A stretch of DNA of 64,000 bases. Origin: Balanoglossus misakiensis. Its lineage: Eukaryota; Animalia; Hemichordata. Below the pieces are notes generated by a model that was not told the origin of the DNA, did not search any database, and was given only the letters and a program-made list of their open reading frames with translations. The stretch is from the NCBI GenBank assembly GCA_040954595.2, contig CM082592.2, positions 3,674,735-3,738,734 of the forward strand. The letters are read 5' to 3'. Numbering within the stretch: the first letter of the stretch is position 1; every line of letters begins with the position of its first letter. Of the stretch, positions 21,000 through 33,200 are shown piece after piece. A program made the translations under genes and the position numbers.

Positions 21000-21578
21000 A
21001 TGACAGAACAAACGTCAATGTCGTCTCAATTAGACCCCGAAATGTGTATTTGTCGCATATGCCAAGAAGGTGAATCGTGTGCTGAAGGCGGCATGCTCTT
21101 GATTGCACCTTGTTTATGCAAAGGTAGTCTGAAGTTTGTCCACCGTAGGTGCATCCAAACCTGGATAAGAAGCGCTCGTATCAACCGATGTGAAATTTGT
21201 AATGCACGCTTCAAAATCATGGTTGAGACTAGACCAATATCAGAATGGACATTGCCGAAGATGACCAGAACGATATGGATAAATATTGCACTTGTGTTGT
21301 CGTGTACTGTGTGTATATTAGGCATATCATTACACATGCACCTTTTGGTGGAATCCCTATTTCTAAAGATGGATGCACTGAATACATTTTTCGTGGTGGC
21401 TTGCGTGTTGCTGGCACTTATGGCGCTGACTGCATTTGTCCTCCTAGAGACTTTTAGGTGCGTGGACGTGTATGTGTGGTTAAGAGAGAACAACAGAGAG
21501 ATAGGTGTTAAGGACTATTGCCCATCTTCTCAACAAATACATGGTGGTGATGAAGACATACGCACGAATACGGTGTAG
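21000..21578 (+). CDS. MARCH/K3-like RING-CH membrane E3 ubiquitin ligase
   Basis: C4HC3 RING-CH CRIC..PCLCKGSLKFVHRRCIQTWI..CEIC followed by two TM helices. Confidence 0.92.
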   Translation: MTEQTSMSSQLDPEMCICRICQEGESCAEGGMLLIAPCLCKGSLKFVHRRCIQTWIRSARINRCEICNARFKIMVETRPISEWTLPKMTRTIWINIALVLSCTVCILGISLHMHLLVESLFLKMDALNTFFVVACVLLALMALTAFVLLETFRCVDVYVWLRENNREIGVKDYCPSSQQIHGGDEDIRTNTV

Positions 21579-21808
21579 ACACCATGTAATTGTTCCATAC
21601 TCTATTTTTGTTTTGTTCATTACGATGACGACATTGTTGTCCAATCAGTATCCTCCCTTCTCACCCCCCATGATGAGTACGGCGATTTTGACAATGAACG
21701 AGTCACATCGTTCGTCCATGTAATGAGCCGTTGGTGACATTCACCATATATAAGCAAGAGCGATTTCAGTCACTCTCGCCAATCACAGTTTGCCTATATC
21801 AAACAACA

Positions 21809-23077
21809 ATGTCCGAACTTATCGACGTGGTTTATGGAGTTGACGGGAAAAACATCGGAGAGGTATTCCACATTCCGTACTTCTGGTTACCCAAGTTTAT
21901 ACCGGCATGGGATCGTTTGCTAGAACGAACAGGAGGTGGTCAAGAGGATGGCGATCGCCGGCGCCTCATTCTGAGATACCCCTTTCCAGACAAGGTGACG
22001 TCGAAAGATGTGGATGAAATTGTCAAGTTTGTCAGCGATTGTGTACATAACTATTCAACATTTTGTCGACCATCCGATGTTCCTTGGTCGAGGTTGACAG
22101 CTGTGCTCAGGCTGGTGGACCATTACAAGGTCACTCCATACCTCGACGCTTTGGTATCTTTTATACATAAAACCTCCATGAATGCGTACACATCCCAAAC
22201 CACCCTACACATGTTAGAAGCCTATCATGACCTTGTGCATGACTTGACGGAAGATGTACTACCTGCAGCAATCGTCAGAGTGGAGATCGCCACTCAATGC
22301 GTGTTAAATGCCAATTCGTGGAATTACATTTGTTCATGTCAAAAATGTCCCGAACACCCGCGACGCGACGAAGTCGCTTTGTTATTTTGTGGACACGAGA
22401 AACAGATTCACGCCTACTGGGAAAAGATGATGTCGTGCACTCTGACAAAGAATCTACGAAAGAGTAAATGGACCCTTGCCACTTTCGCGTGTATGGTCTC
22501 TGATGGTTGCCATGGAATAGCTACGCAATTACCGCAAAGTCCATCTTATTCTACTAATTTTCGTCTGCTCTTGCATTTGTGGTTGGCGAAAGGAGGTGAA
22601 GATGTACTTGCTGAACACGTTGCCCTTCTATCGTGCCTGTGTAGACAGGATGATCTTATGAGGCGTGCAGTCATTTTACAGGGCATGTTCAAGTACTCCG
22701 GAATGACCCAGATTGCCATCAGAGATTCTCTGAAACCTATAACATCACGGAGACGTACCATACAACAGGTATGGGCGAGCGCCGCCGATGAAACATGCTA
22801 TAATTGTTTGAATACACCGCAAGCGTCAAAATGGATTCATTGGAAAACATTTCCACGCGTGGCGTGTGATGTATGCGCAGAAGAGATGTGCCGGAAATGT
22901 TACGGTACGTGCGCATTGTGTGAACGAACTTTGTGTTTCGGATGCGCTACGTTTCTTACCAATGATAGAAGAATTGAATGGCTGATGACTAATGTGAGTA
23001 GGCGAGCAATACACGGTCATGGAGTATGTGTAGATTGTAGAGGCTTTCCGGGGAAGTTGGTACCCAACAAAAACTAA
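21809..23077 (+). CDS. BTB-like protein with C-terminal Siva-like Cys-rich domain (paralog A)
   Basis: BTB-like LRLVDHYKVTPYLDALVSFI. C-terminal six CxxC pairs. Colinear with 36757..38105. First ATG (MSELIDVV) used as start. Confidence 0.65.
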   Translation: MSELIDVVYGVDGKNIGEVFHIPYFWLPKFIPAWDRLLERTGGGQEDGDRRRLILRYPFPDKVTSKDVDEIVKFVSDCVHNYSTFCRPSDVPWSRLTAVLRLVDHYKVTPYLDALVSFIHKTSMNAYTSQTTLHMLEAYHDLVHDLTEDVLPAAIVRVEIATQCVLNANSWNYICSCQKCPEHPRRDEVALLFCGHEKQIHAYWEKMMSCTLTKNLRKSKWTLATFACMVSDGCHGIATQLPQSPSYSTNFRLLLHLWLAKGGEDVLAEHVALLSCLCRQDDLMRRAVILQGMFKYSGMTQIAIRDSLKPITSRRRTIQQVWASAADETCYNCLNTPQASKWIHWKTFPRVACDVCAEEMCRKCYGTCALCERTLCFGCATFLTNDRRIEWLMTNVSRRAIHGHGVCVDCRGFPGKLVPNKN

Positions 23078-23526
23078 CAAGACTGTCAGGAATTGTACAT
23101 GGCACGCAGTAAATGAAATATTCGCGATAGAAAGAACAATAGCAATAAGAAGAAGAATTACAACAAAGTGTCGTGTCCCTAAAATAACGGAACTGTTCAA
23201 CATTGATGAAGATATGAGGTCGTTACCGCAACTTAAAGATGGCAGAACTATAACAATTGCCATAATAGTTCTTTTTTTTTATTTCTTGGGTGTGTCATAA
23301 CATAGGTTCTACAAAATATACGGACTCTCCTTTCAATACATGCATCGTCCAATCAGGTAAATAAACAAACAACCCATAAATGTATGGATGTCTGCGATAC
23401 TGTGTACATAATTTAACATAAATAAATAAATACATATCCGTATAAATGCCCACTTGTCTGTGTCCATCTTCGTATTTATATTGCAATTTTATCACGGGTC
23501 AGAGCCTTATAACGTTAAACCTGGTC

Positions 23527-26500
23527 ATGAATGTAGGAAGGCGGCGTGTTTACCTGTTAAAACTAGAAGTCAAAGGGAGAGGAGTCAACGCATCCGACCT
23601 CTGTACCATCTTCGGCAAACTTCCCAATGGGCGTAGTATCGCGTTGGACATACTCGACCCAGTATATAGGATTTATTTGAATCCCATCAACGAGGTTAGG
23701 GACGAGGAAGAAGTGTGCGCCCTCATTCATCAGTATACCAGCACGTTTTCCAATAACTTCAGCGTTGGTAAAACGTCAAAGGTAATCGGCAATGGTTACG
23801 CGGGGGATTCTCGACTGCCATTTTGGTACGTCGAGTCGTCGGAAAATGCGGTTGTTAAACAGGTGCAAAAAAATCTACCACGCTCCATTTTCAATTTTTT
23901 TATGGACGGCTGTGGAAAGGCCTATTTGGACGTAGCGGCCAATATGAACATCGGGGGTGTTGGTTGGCACTGGATTAAGTCGTCAAGATACGTAACGGGA
24001 TGCAAATGCCATTCGTGGTATGGCAAAGAACATGATCATGCCACTGTGAGTGATACCCACTCCATTGAGCCCCAACGAGAAGGCGAAAGTAGTCCACCAC
24101 CACCCATTAACATTCTTCAACTGAAAGTTCATTGCTATCCAGACGGTGTAATCGCATTTATTACCTGTTCGTTGTTACGATGGGCAAAAGATTTGACTTG
24201 TCTGTTTAATAATACATTCCGTAATTGTACCGTTGTGAAGTTTAGAACCACGATGTATGGTGGTGATATCTCAAATGTAGTAAATTGCAGGGATGAAGGT
24301 AATGTGTTACGCGCATTCACCAAAATCATCACTACCTGTGACTATGACTTTTTATGTGGATATTTTTTGGAAAAGGAACAGTTAAGAGTGTTAAAGGAGA
24401 GAAGTTGTCTTCACGGGCTCAACTTGATAAACCCTTTATTAATCAGGGATATTCGCCACACGCCTTTCGTCAACAGGTGGGATAATGACCCACGCGGTAT
24501 TGGCTTGATCGACATATGTACTGACAAACACGCGGATGGTCCGGACGCCTACAAATACATCAAAGACACTGTATTTAACAAAGGCTTCCTGAACACATAC
24601 TTATCAACTTGCGAAGCGGCTACTATATTCTGTAGCCGACTAACTCACAAGAAGTCAAATGTAGATATTATACAGGTACCATACATGGATTTTTTTGAGT
24701 CAGCTATGACTCGTAAGGCTAAACAACTTGGGTACGTCTTTGCATGCAGGGAAATCGGAGGAAGCAATGCGACGACGAGTCATTCTGAATATGAGATTGA
24801 AGCAGATCGAGGTCAAGGTTGTCAAGGCGGTTTGTTTCTCACGCCGGTTCAAGGGTTACACGTGGGCAATGCAGAATTGAGAGATTTTAAAAGCATGTAC
24901 GGTTCCATAATAGTTGCATTTAACATCGACATCACCACTAGTTTGCAAGAATCACGCGCGGGTTTATTAAATGATGTAATTGAGATACCAGGTGGCTACA
25001 ACTTTGTTAGCCCAAATGTTCGGCAGGGGTTACTACCGTCTATAGTTTCAAATCTTGTCGCGCAACGGGAACACTTCCAGAAAATTGCCCAGAGCAACAA
25101 CGAAAACGGGAGTTGGTACGAAATGCAACAAATGGCACGGAAACAATTGATTGTGGGAGCTTACGGAGTCAATTTACGTCAGAGTATATTCACAAGCCCG
25201 TGTGTGGCTAAGGCCATTACATCCACTGGTAGATTCCTCTTTGAACGGATGAGAGTAACAGCCGCGTCATTCACCCACCCACATTTATTGACGACACCCA
25301 GTGTCCTATTTGGAAATGCAGATTCTCTGATGACCAGTTTCCTGCCAGCACGTGAATTGTCTAACGTCGAATGGACCGAAGTTTTCATGGATATTGGACA
25401 GTGTTTCCACGACGACATTCGTAAAGTAGTTCAAACCATGGGCGCGAATATAGATGCGCGTTTATTGCGGTTTGAGTCGAAAGGGCATGCAAAAATAGTA
25501 ATGTGTACGAGTCGCAAACAACAGTATGTGATGTGCATTAGGTCAACTTCCAAAAAAGGATGTTGTTTAGTTGTCAAAGGGTTTGTATCGAACTCTACAA
25601 ACTGCCATCCCTTGGTGAGAAACGTGGAAAGATGTATGCTGTCACTCCTGTTTGAAGGTCATGTATTGCTTAGGTCTGTAGAATCTGGGCAACTGTCAAC
25701 ACTTCACCCAAGTGAATTGTCCACACGCTCGCAACTGATATATGAAGCGTACGTAGCATCATCTGGGGTGTGGGTGAAGGTTGGAGATGCTATAAACCAA
25801 GATACTGGTGTTAAGAACTCCTTTCGTTTGCGAGATAATTTAGGCAGAGAATTGTGCGAACGCCTTTTTGACGAGGACGGCATTCCGATACTCACCACTG
25901 ACAGACTCAGAGAAATAAGGTCTGAAGTGGAGACGGTTGTGTTGTACACGTTAAACAGAGTCATAATGTTGCAAGAAGACACGCACCTGTTGATAAAACA
26001 TTTGCCACCGAATGCTAACCCTGGTGCAAGGTCGACGTTGGAAAAACAATACATGCAATTTCACGGGAGATTGCCTTGTGATATATTATATGTGAATACC
26101 AAAGAAGATGGACCAATGCACCCTCTTTTGGCTGTCTTCCAACAGAAAACACTAGAGACAGATGACACAATTGCATCGATAAAAAAGACCTTTATTGAGG
26201 GGGGTGACGAAGGTGGTCCGTATTCCATTATGAATGTTATGAGGCCCAACGTCAAGACATTACACGGAGTATTGTGCATGGAAACAGAATCAACTGTGCA
26301 AAATCAGTTAAGAGTACAAAGACAGTTTCGGAAACGATTCGATTCTGTCCTCGCTATGTCCTCTAAGAAAGTCGAACAACCCGTGTGCAATAATGAAGAG
26401 GAATATGTGATGACAAAATTGTTGAATTTTACCAACTGTCCGGATTGTAAAGTTATCACTGTAGATCGAGCTAATCGCGACTACAACTACACCGACATGT

Positions 26501-26730
26501 TCGGAACTGATGCGATAATCCGGAAGCATAATTTGGTTTTATTCAATGTATGCAAACAAAGTTCGCGTGTGTATTTCATATCCAATTGTAAGGATGTCCA
26601 GTGTGTAGGCGTATACAAATTTGCCACCTTGGTGAATCAATTGAAAATACTAACTGCACTTAAAAACAAGGAAGCAATGGTAAACAAAGTGTCAACTGTT
26701 TTGACTGAACGTCTCACGAAATCACAATGA
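23527..26730 (+). CDS. polB: Family B DNA polymerase with degenerate motifs
   Basis: Motif A RDFKSMYGSII, motif B KQLIVGAYG, motif C FGNADSL, QGLLPSIV and LVVKG. Exonuclease acidic residues are absent. C-terminal Cys cluster present. Confidence 0.88.
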   Translation: MNVGRRRVYLLKLEVKGRGVNASDLCTIFGKLPNGRSIALDILDPVYRIYLNPINEVRDEEEVCALIHQYTSTFSNNFSVGKTSKVIGNGYAGDSRLPFWYVESSENAVVKQVQKNLPRSIFNFFMDGCGKAYLDVAANMNIGGVGWHWIKSSRYVTGCKCHSWYGKEHDHATVSDTHSIEPQREGESSPPPPINILQLKVHCYPDGVIAFITCSLLRWAKDLTCLFNNTFRNCTVVKFRTTMYGGDISNVVNCRDEGNVLRAFTKIITTCDYDFLCGYFLEKEQLRVLKERSCLHGLNLINPLLIRDIRHTPFVNRWDNDPRGIGLIDICTDKHADGPDAYKYIKDTVFNKGFLNTYLSTCEAATIFCSRLTHKKSNVDIIQVPYMDFFESAMTRKAKQLGYVFACREIGGSNATTSHSEYEIEADRGQGCQGGLFLTPVQGLHVGNAELRDFKSMYGSIIVAFNIDITTSLQESRAGLLNDVIEIPGGYNFVSPNVRQGLLPSIVSNLVAQREHFQKIAQSNNENGSWYEMQQMARKQLIVGAYGVNLRQSIFTSPCVAKAITSTGRFLFERMRVTAASFTHPHLLTTPSVLFGNADSLMTSFLPARELSNVEWTEVFMDIGQCFHDDIRKVVQTMGANIDARLLRFESKGHAKIVMCTSRKQQYVMCIRSTSKKGCCLVVKGFVSNSTNCHPLVRNVERCMLSLLFEGHVLLRSVESGQLSTLHPSELSTRSQLIYEAYVASSGVWVKVGDAINQDTGVKNSFRLRDNLGRELCERLFDEDGIPILTTDRLREIRSEVETVVLYTLNRVIMLQEDTHLLIKHLPPNANPGARSTLEKQYMQFHGRLPCDILYVNTKEDGPMHPLLAVFQQKTLETDDTIASIKKTFIEGGDEGGPYSIMNVMRPNVKTLHGVLCMETESTVQNQLRVQRQFRKRFDSVLAMSSKKVEQPVCNNEEEYVMTKLLNFTNCPDCKVITVDRANRDYNYTDMFGTDAIIRKHNLVLFNVCKQSSRVYFISNCKDVQCVGVYKFATLVNQLKILTALKNKEAMVNKVSTVLTERLTKSQ

Positions 26731-27237
26731 GTGTCATACAATGGATGAGAAGGGTCGTGATAATACTACTAATAATAATATATATATGCAGTCGCTTTAA
26801 TTGGTATGTTGGTTTTCGTATAATAAAGTGTATTGCAAATAGAACAGTCCAGAATAGTCTTCTGCGAGTGTAAATTAGCATACACATAATACCATATTAG
26901 CTGTCTAATGGCGTGGTTTCATTGTCAGAACAAAGAATATACAATAAACAATATATCCCTAGAAACATCGTATTTTTAACTCGCATTTAATATCAAGTAA
27001 CATTTTCAACAGATAATGTGTACATTGTGTTGTGTATTTCAAATGTTTTGTTTTATTTCGGGAGGTGTCGATGTTTAGAGTGTTCCTACAGAGAAACACT
27101 TGCATATAAAAATAGAGACTCAATATACTACATACAAAACACCACAGCCTATTTGTTATCCTATATCGTCTTCTTCGGTTGACTTTTGACGTAGACAAAT
27201 CTGCGATATGTTTTTTTTTCCATACTCGCCCCTCTTA

Positions 27238-30200
27238 TCACTTGACTGTTATCTGGTTTAGATTTTGGTCAAAGTTGTGACTCAACATAGATTTGACATA
27301 TGGAACGAGAGTGGTCAAATTTCTTTTGCTTTTGGTGACAACGATGTACTTAGCACTCCCTTTAGTGAAGTCTATCAGATGCTCATTCGTTGACACAAAA
27401 CAGAGCGGGATCATTGCATCGTGCCGGTCTACAAATTTTACATTTCGAGTTTTACCCAGTAAAAGTATCAATCTGAACATAGTGGGTGTGGATGTGTTAG
27501 GGTCATGCGGAATCACAACTGGATAAAACGTTGCGACTTTAGTAGTCGCATGCCCCCTACACATTGCAGCCACTCGACTGAATTTGTTTAGTTCGCTGTC
27601 TCGGTGTCCGTTGTCATCGCGGTAGCACATAAACTGCCTCGCCTCTTCTAACATGACCGAGAACGATGGTTGTGGGTCGAAAAAGTCTGTCATGATGTTC
27701 TTGAATAAACTGTCTGTGTAAGAAGGGAGTCGTCTGTAAGCAGACGACACAAACGAGACGAAAGGACGTCCGTTTATCGCTAAGTCTACATAGTTATCCC
27801 TACATGGCGCGTCGATCGTAACCCCTTTGCTTCGTAGCCGATGCGCTTCTTTCAATGCGTCCCTTTGTGTCTGTAAATACCGCACTATATCCTGGCTCTC
27901 CCTTAACTGGCGAGATAAATCGCGCACTGTAACCTCGTGTTTATCGCAGCCGTCATGCGCCTTCTTTAGTCTGTCAATTTCAGCAGCTCTCTCGGCAGAC
28001 AACTGTCGAATCGCTTTATTTTCCTTTCTCAGTGAGTTTACCAATGATTCCAAATCATGTTCGGATGAAACTTCCAAACATACTGTCTGCTCTATATTGG
28101 AGGTTTGGGATCCGGAAGGATCAATCCTACTCGCTTGACTGTCAATCGCACGAACACCCAGTATTCCTTTGGCATTTTCTAGTTCTCGTAGGCTTTTGTC
28201 ACGGGTTTCAATAATCTTTTGTTGTTCTCTGATCTCGTTTTCAAAATGTCTCCTTAATTCGGCGATCTGAGATGTATGACTTTTTTCCATCACTTTAACT
28301 TTATTTTCTAGTAGCCGTTTATCGCTTGCAATTTCCTGCATGCGCCTGTCCCGTGCGATATAATATTCCGGGGACCCTGCCTGAGATTGACTATCCGACA
28401 AGTCACTATCTTGACCCTGCCCAATCCGGCTTTCGTCTCTAAAGGCCCGTGTATTTAAACTGTCCCTTTGTTCAGCTTGGATAAAGGAAGTTTCCAGCGA
28501 GTGTAATTTCGTTCGAAATTCACTATTTTCATCATTCAGGTCATTCGCCTTTCGTTTCCAGTCATTAAGATCGCCGATCGCATCGTCTAGCCTTAACTGA
28601 ATTTCATTTAATTTTTGTTCAAATTCCCTTTGCTGCATAATTTTGTCTTCATTATTTCGTGCGACTAGTTCGACTTGCTCAAGCAGCTTGTTGCGCAAGG
28701 CTTCGTTCTCCGATACGAGGCCAGCATTCTCTTTTTGTTGTAACTCGTTTGACTTGACCGTGGATGTTATTTCAGTATTCTTGTCGCCAAGTTCTCGAGA
28801 TATTTGTATATTTTCCTGACGGAGATTACGAAATCGACTATTTGTATCATCAAACTGACGTCTAAGTGACTCCAAGTCCATACGGAGCTGTCGATTGTTT
28901 GTCTCCGTCTGTCGATGTTGTTTGCTAAGTGCGTCTACATGTTCGTTTGCTACAACGACTTTGTCTTCCAGTTGGTCACGATCACGCTGGTACATATCAC
29001 GCTCGATTCGCAGTTGGGCTATCTGTTTGTACGTGATGTCTGCTGTACTCTCCGCCTTCGCTTTCATATCCTGATTGTCTGACTTCAAGGTCTCAATTTC
29101 CTCCCTCAAATCGTCAACTTCTGCATTTGCTTCATCTAGTTGTTGTTTTAAGGCATTTCTGGTGTCCACAGACTGCCGAACTTTCATTTCTAAAGTATCA
29201 ATCTCTCTCCTGGTTTTGGACTCTTTCTCTTTAAACTCTCTCAAACTTTTGTTGTCACTTAATGATTGTGAATTCAGTTCCTGTAACTTCTCTCGCTGTC
29301 GTTGATTATTCTGTTCTGATACGGCCTTTTCGTGAACGAATCGCTCAATTTTCTTGTTCAAGTAGTCGTTTTCTTCTCGTATTGCGTTTTCCTGTTCGGT
29401 TCTTTTTGAGATTTCAGCGCGCATTTGATTATACTCCATTACCTTTTCATGTAGCTCAGCCTTTAAACGCTTTGCTTCACCCATGTAACGATTAGTCTCT
29501 CCATCAATCGACCCTGACTGTTTCCCTCTACCATTCGATTGCAGTTGTTCATTCTCGACCGATAGCTGGTAAATTTTCGCCTGAGCGTTTTTGTTACTGA
29601 CAAAGACCTCTGTCCGTAATTTACTACAGTCGATATTCAACCGGGTAACCTGGGCTTGTAACTTCTCTTCCGCTTCTTTTTGTTTGGAATTTGTTTCATT
29701 AGCATGTTGTAGACTGAGGCGAACATCCTCTAACTCGGTCTCAAATTTACGAATGTCTGACTGTCGTTCTCCTAATAAATTTTCTCTGATTTCCAATTTA
29801 TGCTCTAAAGAGTCAACGACCGATCGCGTGTCCGTTAACTCCGTTTGTAACCTCTCATTGTCTTGTTTGAGGTTGGAACGTGTAGTATCATGTTGGACCT
29901 TTTGCGCATTAAGATCCCCTTGTAATTGGTTCTTTTCAGAGACCAATGCGGACAACTTAGTTTCTAGGCGCCTAATTTGGTGATTCAATTGTTCATTTGC
30001 GGCTTGTTCCTTGTGTAGAAGCTCCTTGGTAAATGCATTCTCACTAGACACACGCTTTACGTGTTGAGAAGTGTCTGTGAGATCACTGTCGATGGTATTC
30101 ATTTTGGACGTGGCCGTCGCAAGTTGATCCTTCAGCGCATCAATCTCCTTCAACGCATCTGAAAGTTTCTGTTGGGTCTCCTCATGTTTATCGTGTCTTG

Positions 30201-33200
30201 TTGACAGACTGGTGTTTTGCTCAGAAACAAGTCGTTCAAATTCTCTTGTCCGTTCCAACAGTTGTCCGTTGGTCTCAATCAATTTCCTTCTGTCTTCATT
30301 CAGATCCACGATATCGCGCTCGAGGTTTCGAATCAAATTAAAACTTTCATCATTGGAGCGTTCTATATCATCTTGCAATTTCTGTTTTATCGCCTCAATG
30401 TTGTCTAATGACTTTCTCATACTTTCAAGCTCGCGCTGTTTCGCTCTGTTTTCTTCTTGAGTACGTACAATGCGTTTGGTCAACTCGCCATTTTCGTTTT
30501 CTGCAATTTCTAATTTTTGTTTGGCCATTTCCATAGCATATAGTGACTGTTTCATAGAGTCAAGCTCGCGCTGTTTCGCTCTGTTTTCTTCTTGGGTACG
30601 TACATTGCGTTTGGTCAACTCGCCATTTTCGTTTTCCGCAATTTCTAATTTTTGTTTGGCAATTTCCATAGCATATAGTGACTGTTTCATAGAGTCAACT
30701 TCTCGCTGTTTCGCCTCAACTAACGAATTTTGTTCTGTTTGTATACGTTCGATGTCCCGACTCAACGTGTCTTTTTCGTTCTCTACAACCACCAGTTCCC
30801 TTTTTGCCGCCTCTACAGTTTCTAGTGACTGTTTCGCACTTTCGACCGCTCGCTGTTTCGCCAAAACTAAAGTTTTGTTTTCTGCTTGGATACGTCCAAT
30901 CTCTTCCACCAATTTGGCTGCCTCATTCTCTGCACATACTAATTTCCCTTTCATATCCTGCATGTTACGCTTATCCGCTGTGATTAGTGCCTCGTTGTCC
31001 GCTTTAAGATGCTCAATGTCATTTTCTAAATTTTCTATACGCGCCAACAATGATTTTATTTTTTGTTTGGCGTCAGTTTGACTCGTTTGTTCAGTTTGAC
31101 CGTCGTTGACCCCCTCCGATACACGAAGAGTTCTGCAATTTTCTTCAGATAGTTCCCCATTTACAGAAAGCCTACTGCCACTCTCTCGAGGTCGCGGCAA
31201 TCTTATTGGTTCATAATAATCAGTAAGAGATTTCAAGTCATCCTCCAGTGTATCAGTTTCAGTACCGGATACAAGGGGTATGTCAAATATAGGATCCTCA
31301 CCAACACTGGCGTTGCTGTTCGACGTATAGTGTATCAGTGACGGGGACATTGTTTGTGGTTTTGGAGTATGTAAGGTGTCGGGTGTATCGACTGGAATCT
31401 CAACAAGCGAAGGCCGGGACTGTTTAGGCGACGCATGTCTTGGAGGATGTAAGGTGTCGGGTGTATCGACTGGAATCTCAACAAGCGAAGGCCGGGACTG
31501 TTTAGGCGACGCATGTCTTGGAGGATGTAAGGTGTCGGGTGTATCGACTGGCCTCTGAACAAGCGAAGACCGGGACTGTTTAGGCGACGAGTACAAGTCG
31601 TCGAGGCCACTCGACGTATCTTGAGGACAGACTGTCTGTAACAGTGAAGTAATGGTATCATCGAAAGGCGCGGTAGTTGAGGGCGCCGTTCGTGGTTTAG
31701 GGACAGGTAATGCCACCAGCGAGTCTGATGCAGGAGACGAAGTAGGCAACGATGATAGGTCTCTATGCTTAGTAACCTTCGAATCTTCTCGCGAGTCCAA
31801 TGGAAGAGTGGTGCGTGTTTCTTCGGGGATGGTAATCTGCAAGGGTGTGGACGCTGATACCGGTGGGAATACGACGCCGTCAGTTGTGGAGGTGTCGACA
31901 AGAGAGGAAAACTGCTCCCAATTGTCAATTTTCTCAAGGGGATGGTCGCCAGGGGTTTGCGCATTAGACGAAGATGTCGATTTGCGTGAGAGTGCGTCAG
32001 AACCATTTCCGTCCACTCGTGTTGGAACATTTTGTACTAATTCACTAACGTCTTCGCTGTGGATCAATTCCTGTAAACCGGAATATCCGCCACTGTCTGC
32101 TTGATTTACATCTGATATAGCGGACGCCGTGTCTGAAGTATGTGTCATTTGTTCATCAGTGTCAACTACACGTATCGGGTCACTTGACTGGTCGTCGTAT
32201 TGTTCTGTCAGTTCTGATAGGGATGCCTGGCAAATTTCCCCGGCTGGTTCAACATTTACAATGTTTTCAGGATGATACTCATATTCGTCTCTGTATCTGT
32301 CCAAAGTATTGTCAGTCACTCTGTCGTCGAACCCTCGAGGTGAAGGGTCCGTTTCAAGCACATTCTCGTATTGACTATTTGAAAAGTCAACGTATCTTTG
32401 GTCATTGTCTGACAGAATGCCCGCATTGGCGCGTCCTGTCTTATATCTTCTATCCTCCGTAAACCTCGTGTCGCACAAAGCACCATATACAATGGCGACA
32501 AGATTACCCTCAGTGTGTCCACATTTTAGAGTCCCCTGTATATTATTACCAAAGAGTGTTGGTAAGTCATCTGTAGCATTATCTGCCAATAATTCTCTTA
32601 GGGCAGTTTGTTCTAAAGTACCACTTAAGACGTTATGTACATCTTTTTCGATTCGTATGAAACGTGCAAGACTCCTAAATAATTGATTAAAATTTATGTC
32701 CATGGACGTTTCTTTGTACTGAGCAAAAGTTGAATTAAGTGCCCGTGCAGCAGAATGCATGGCTACTCTCAATTGTTCAAACAATGGAATATTTATTGAG
32801 TCTGGTGTACCTAAACACTCTGGAAAGGTTGATAGGAAGTGCGGCTTTGTCTGGTGATCGTCGAATAAACCATTTATCAGGTCGAGCAGCTCGTTTCTAT
32901 TCGTATGACTGTCGCTGGCAAGGTCCAAGATCGTTTCACAATTGGCGCACAAGTGACTCCACAGATATGGATATAAAGACAACACGCCCCAGACATTTGG
33001 AATTTCAGATAAGATTAATTGGAGTGTATGTTTTGACAGAATTATGTAAAACGTTGGCATTTGACTTTTGACATCCTGTTCGATATATTTAAAAAAATGA
33101 TACATCGTACCCCTCTCATATTTCAAAAGCACACTGCACACATTCTCCAACCTATCCAAATCAACCTTTTCTATGCCTTCCACTACAAAGCTGTCCTCAT

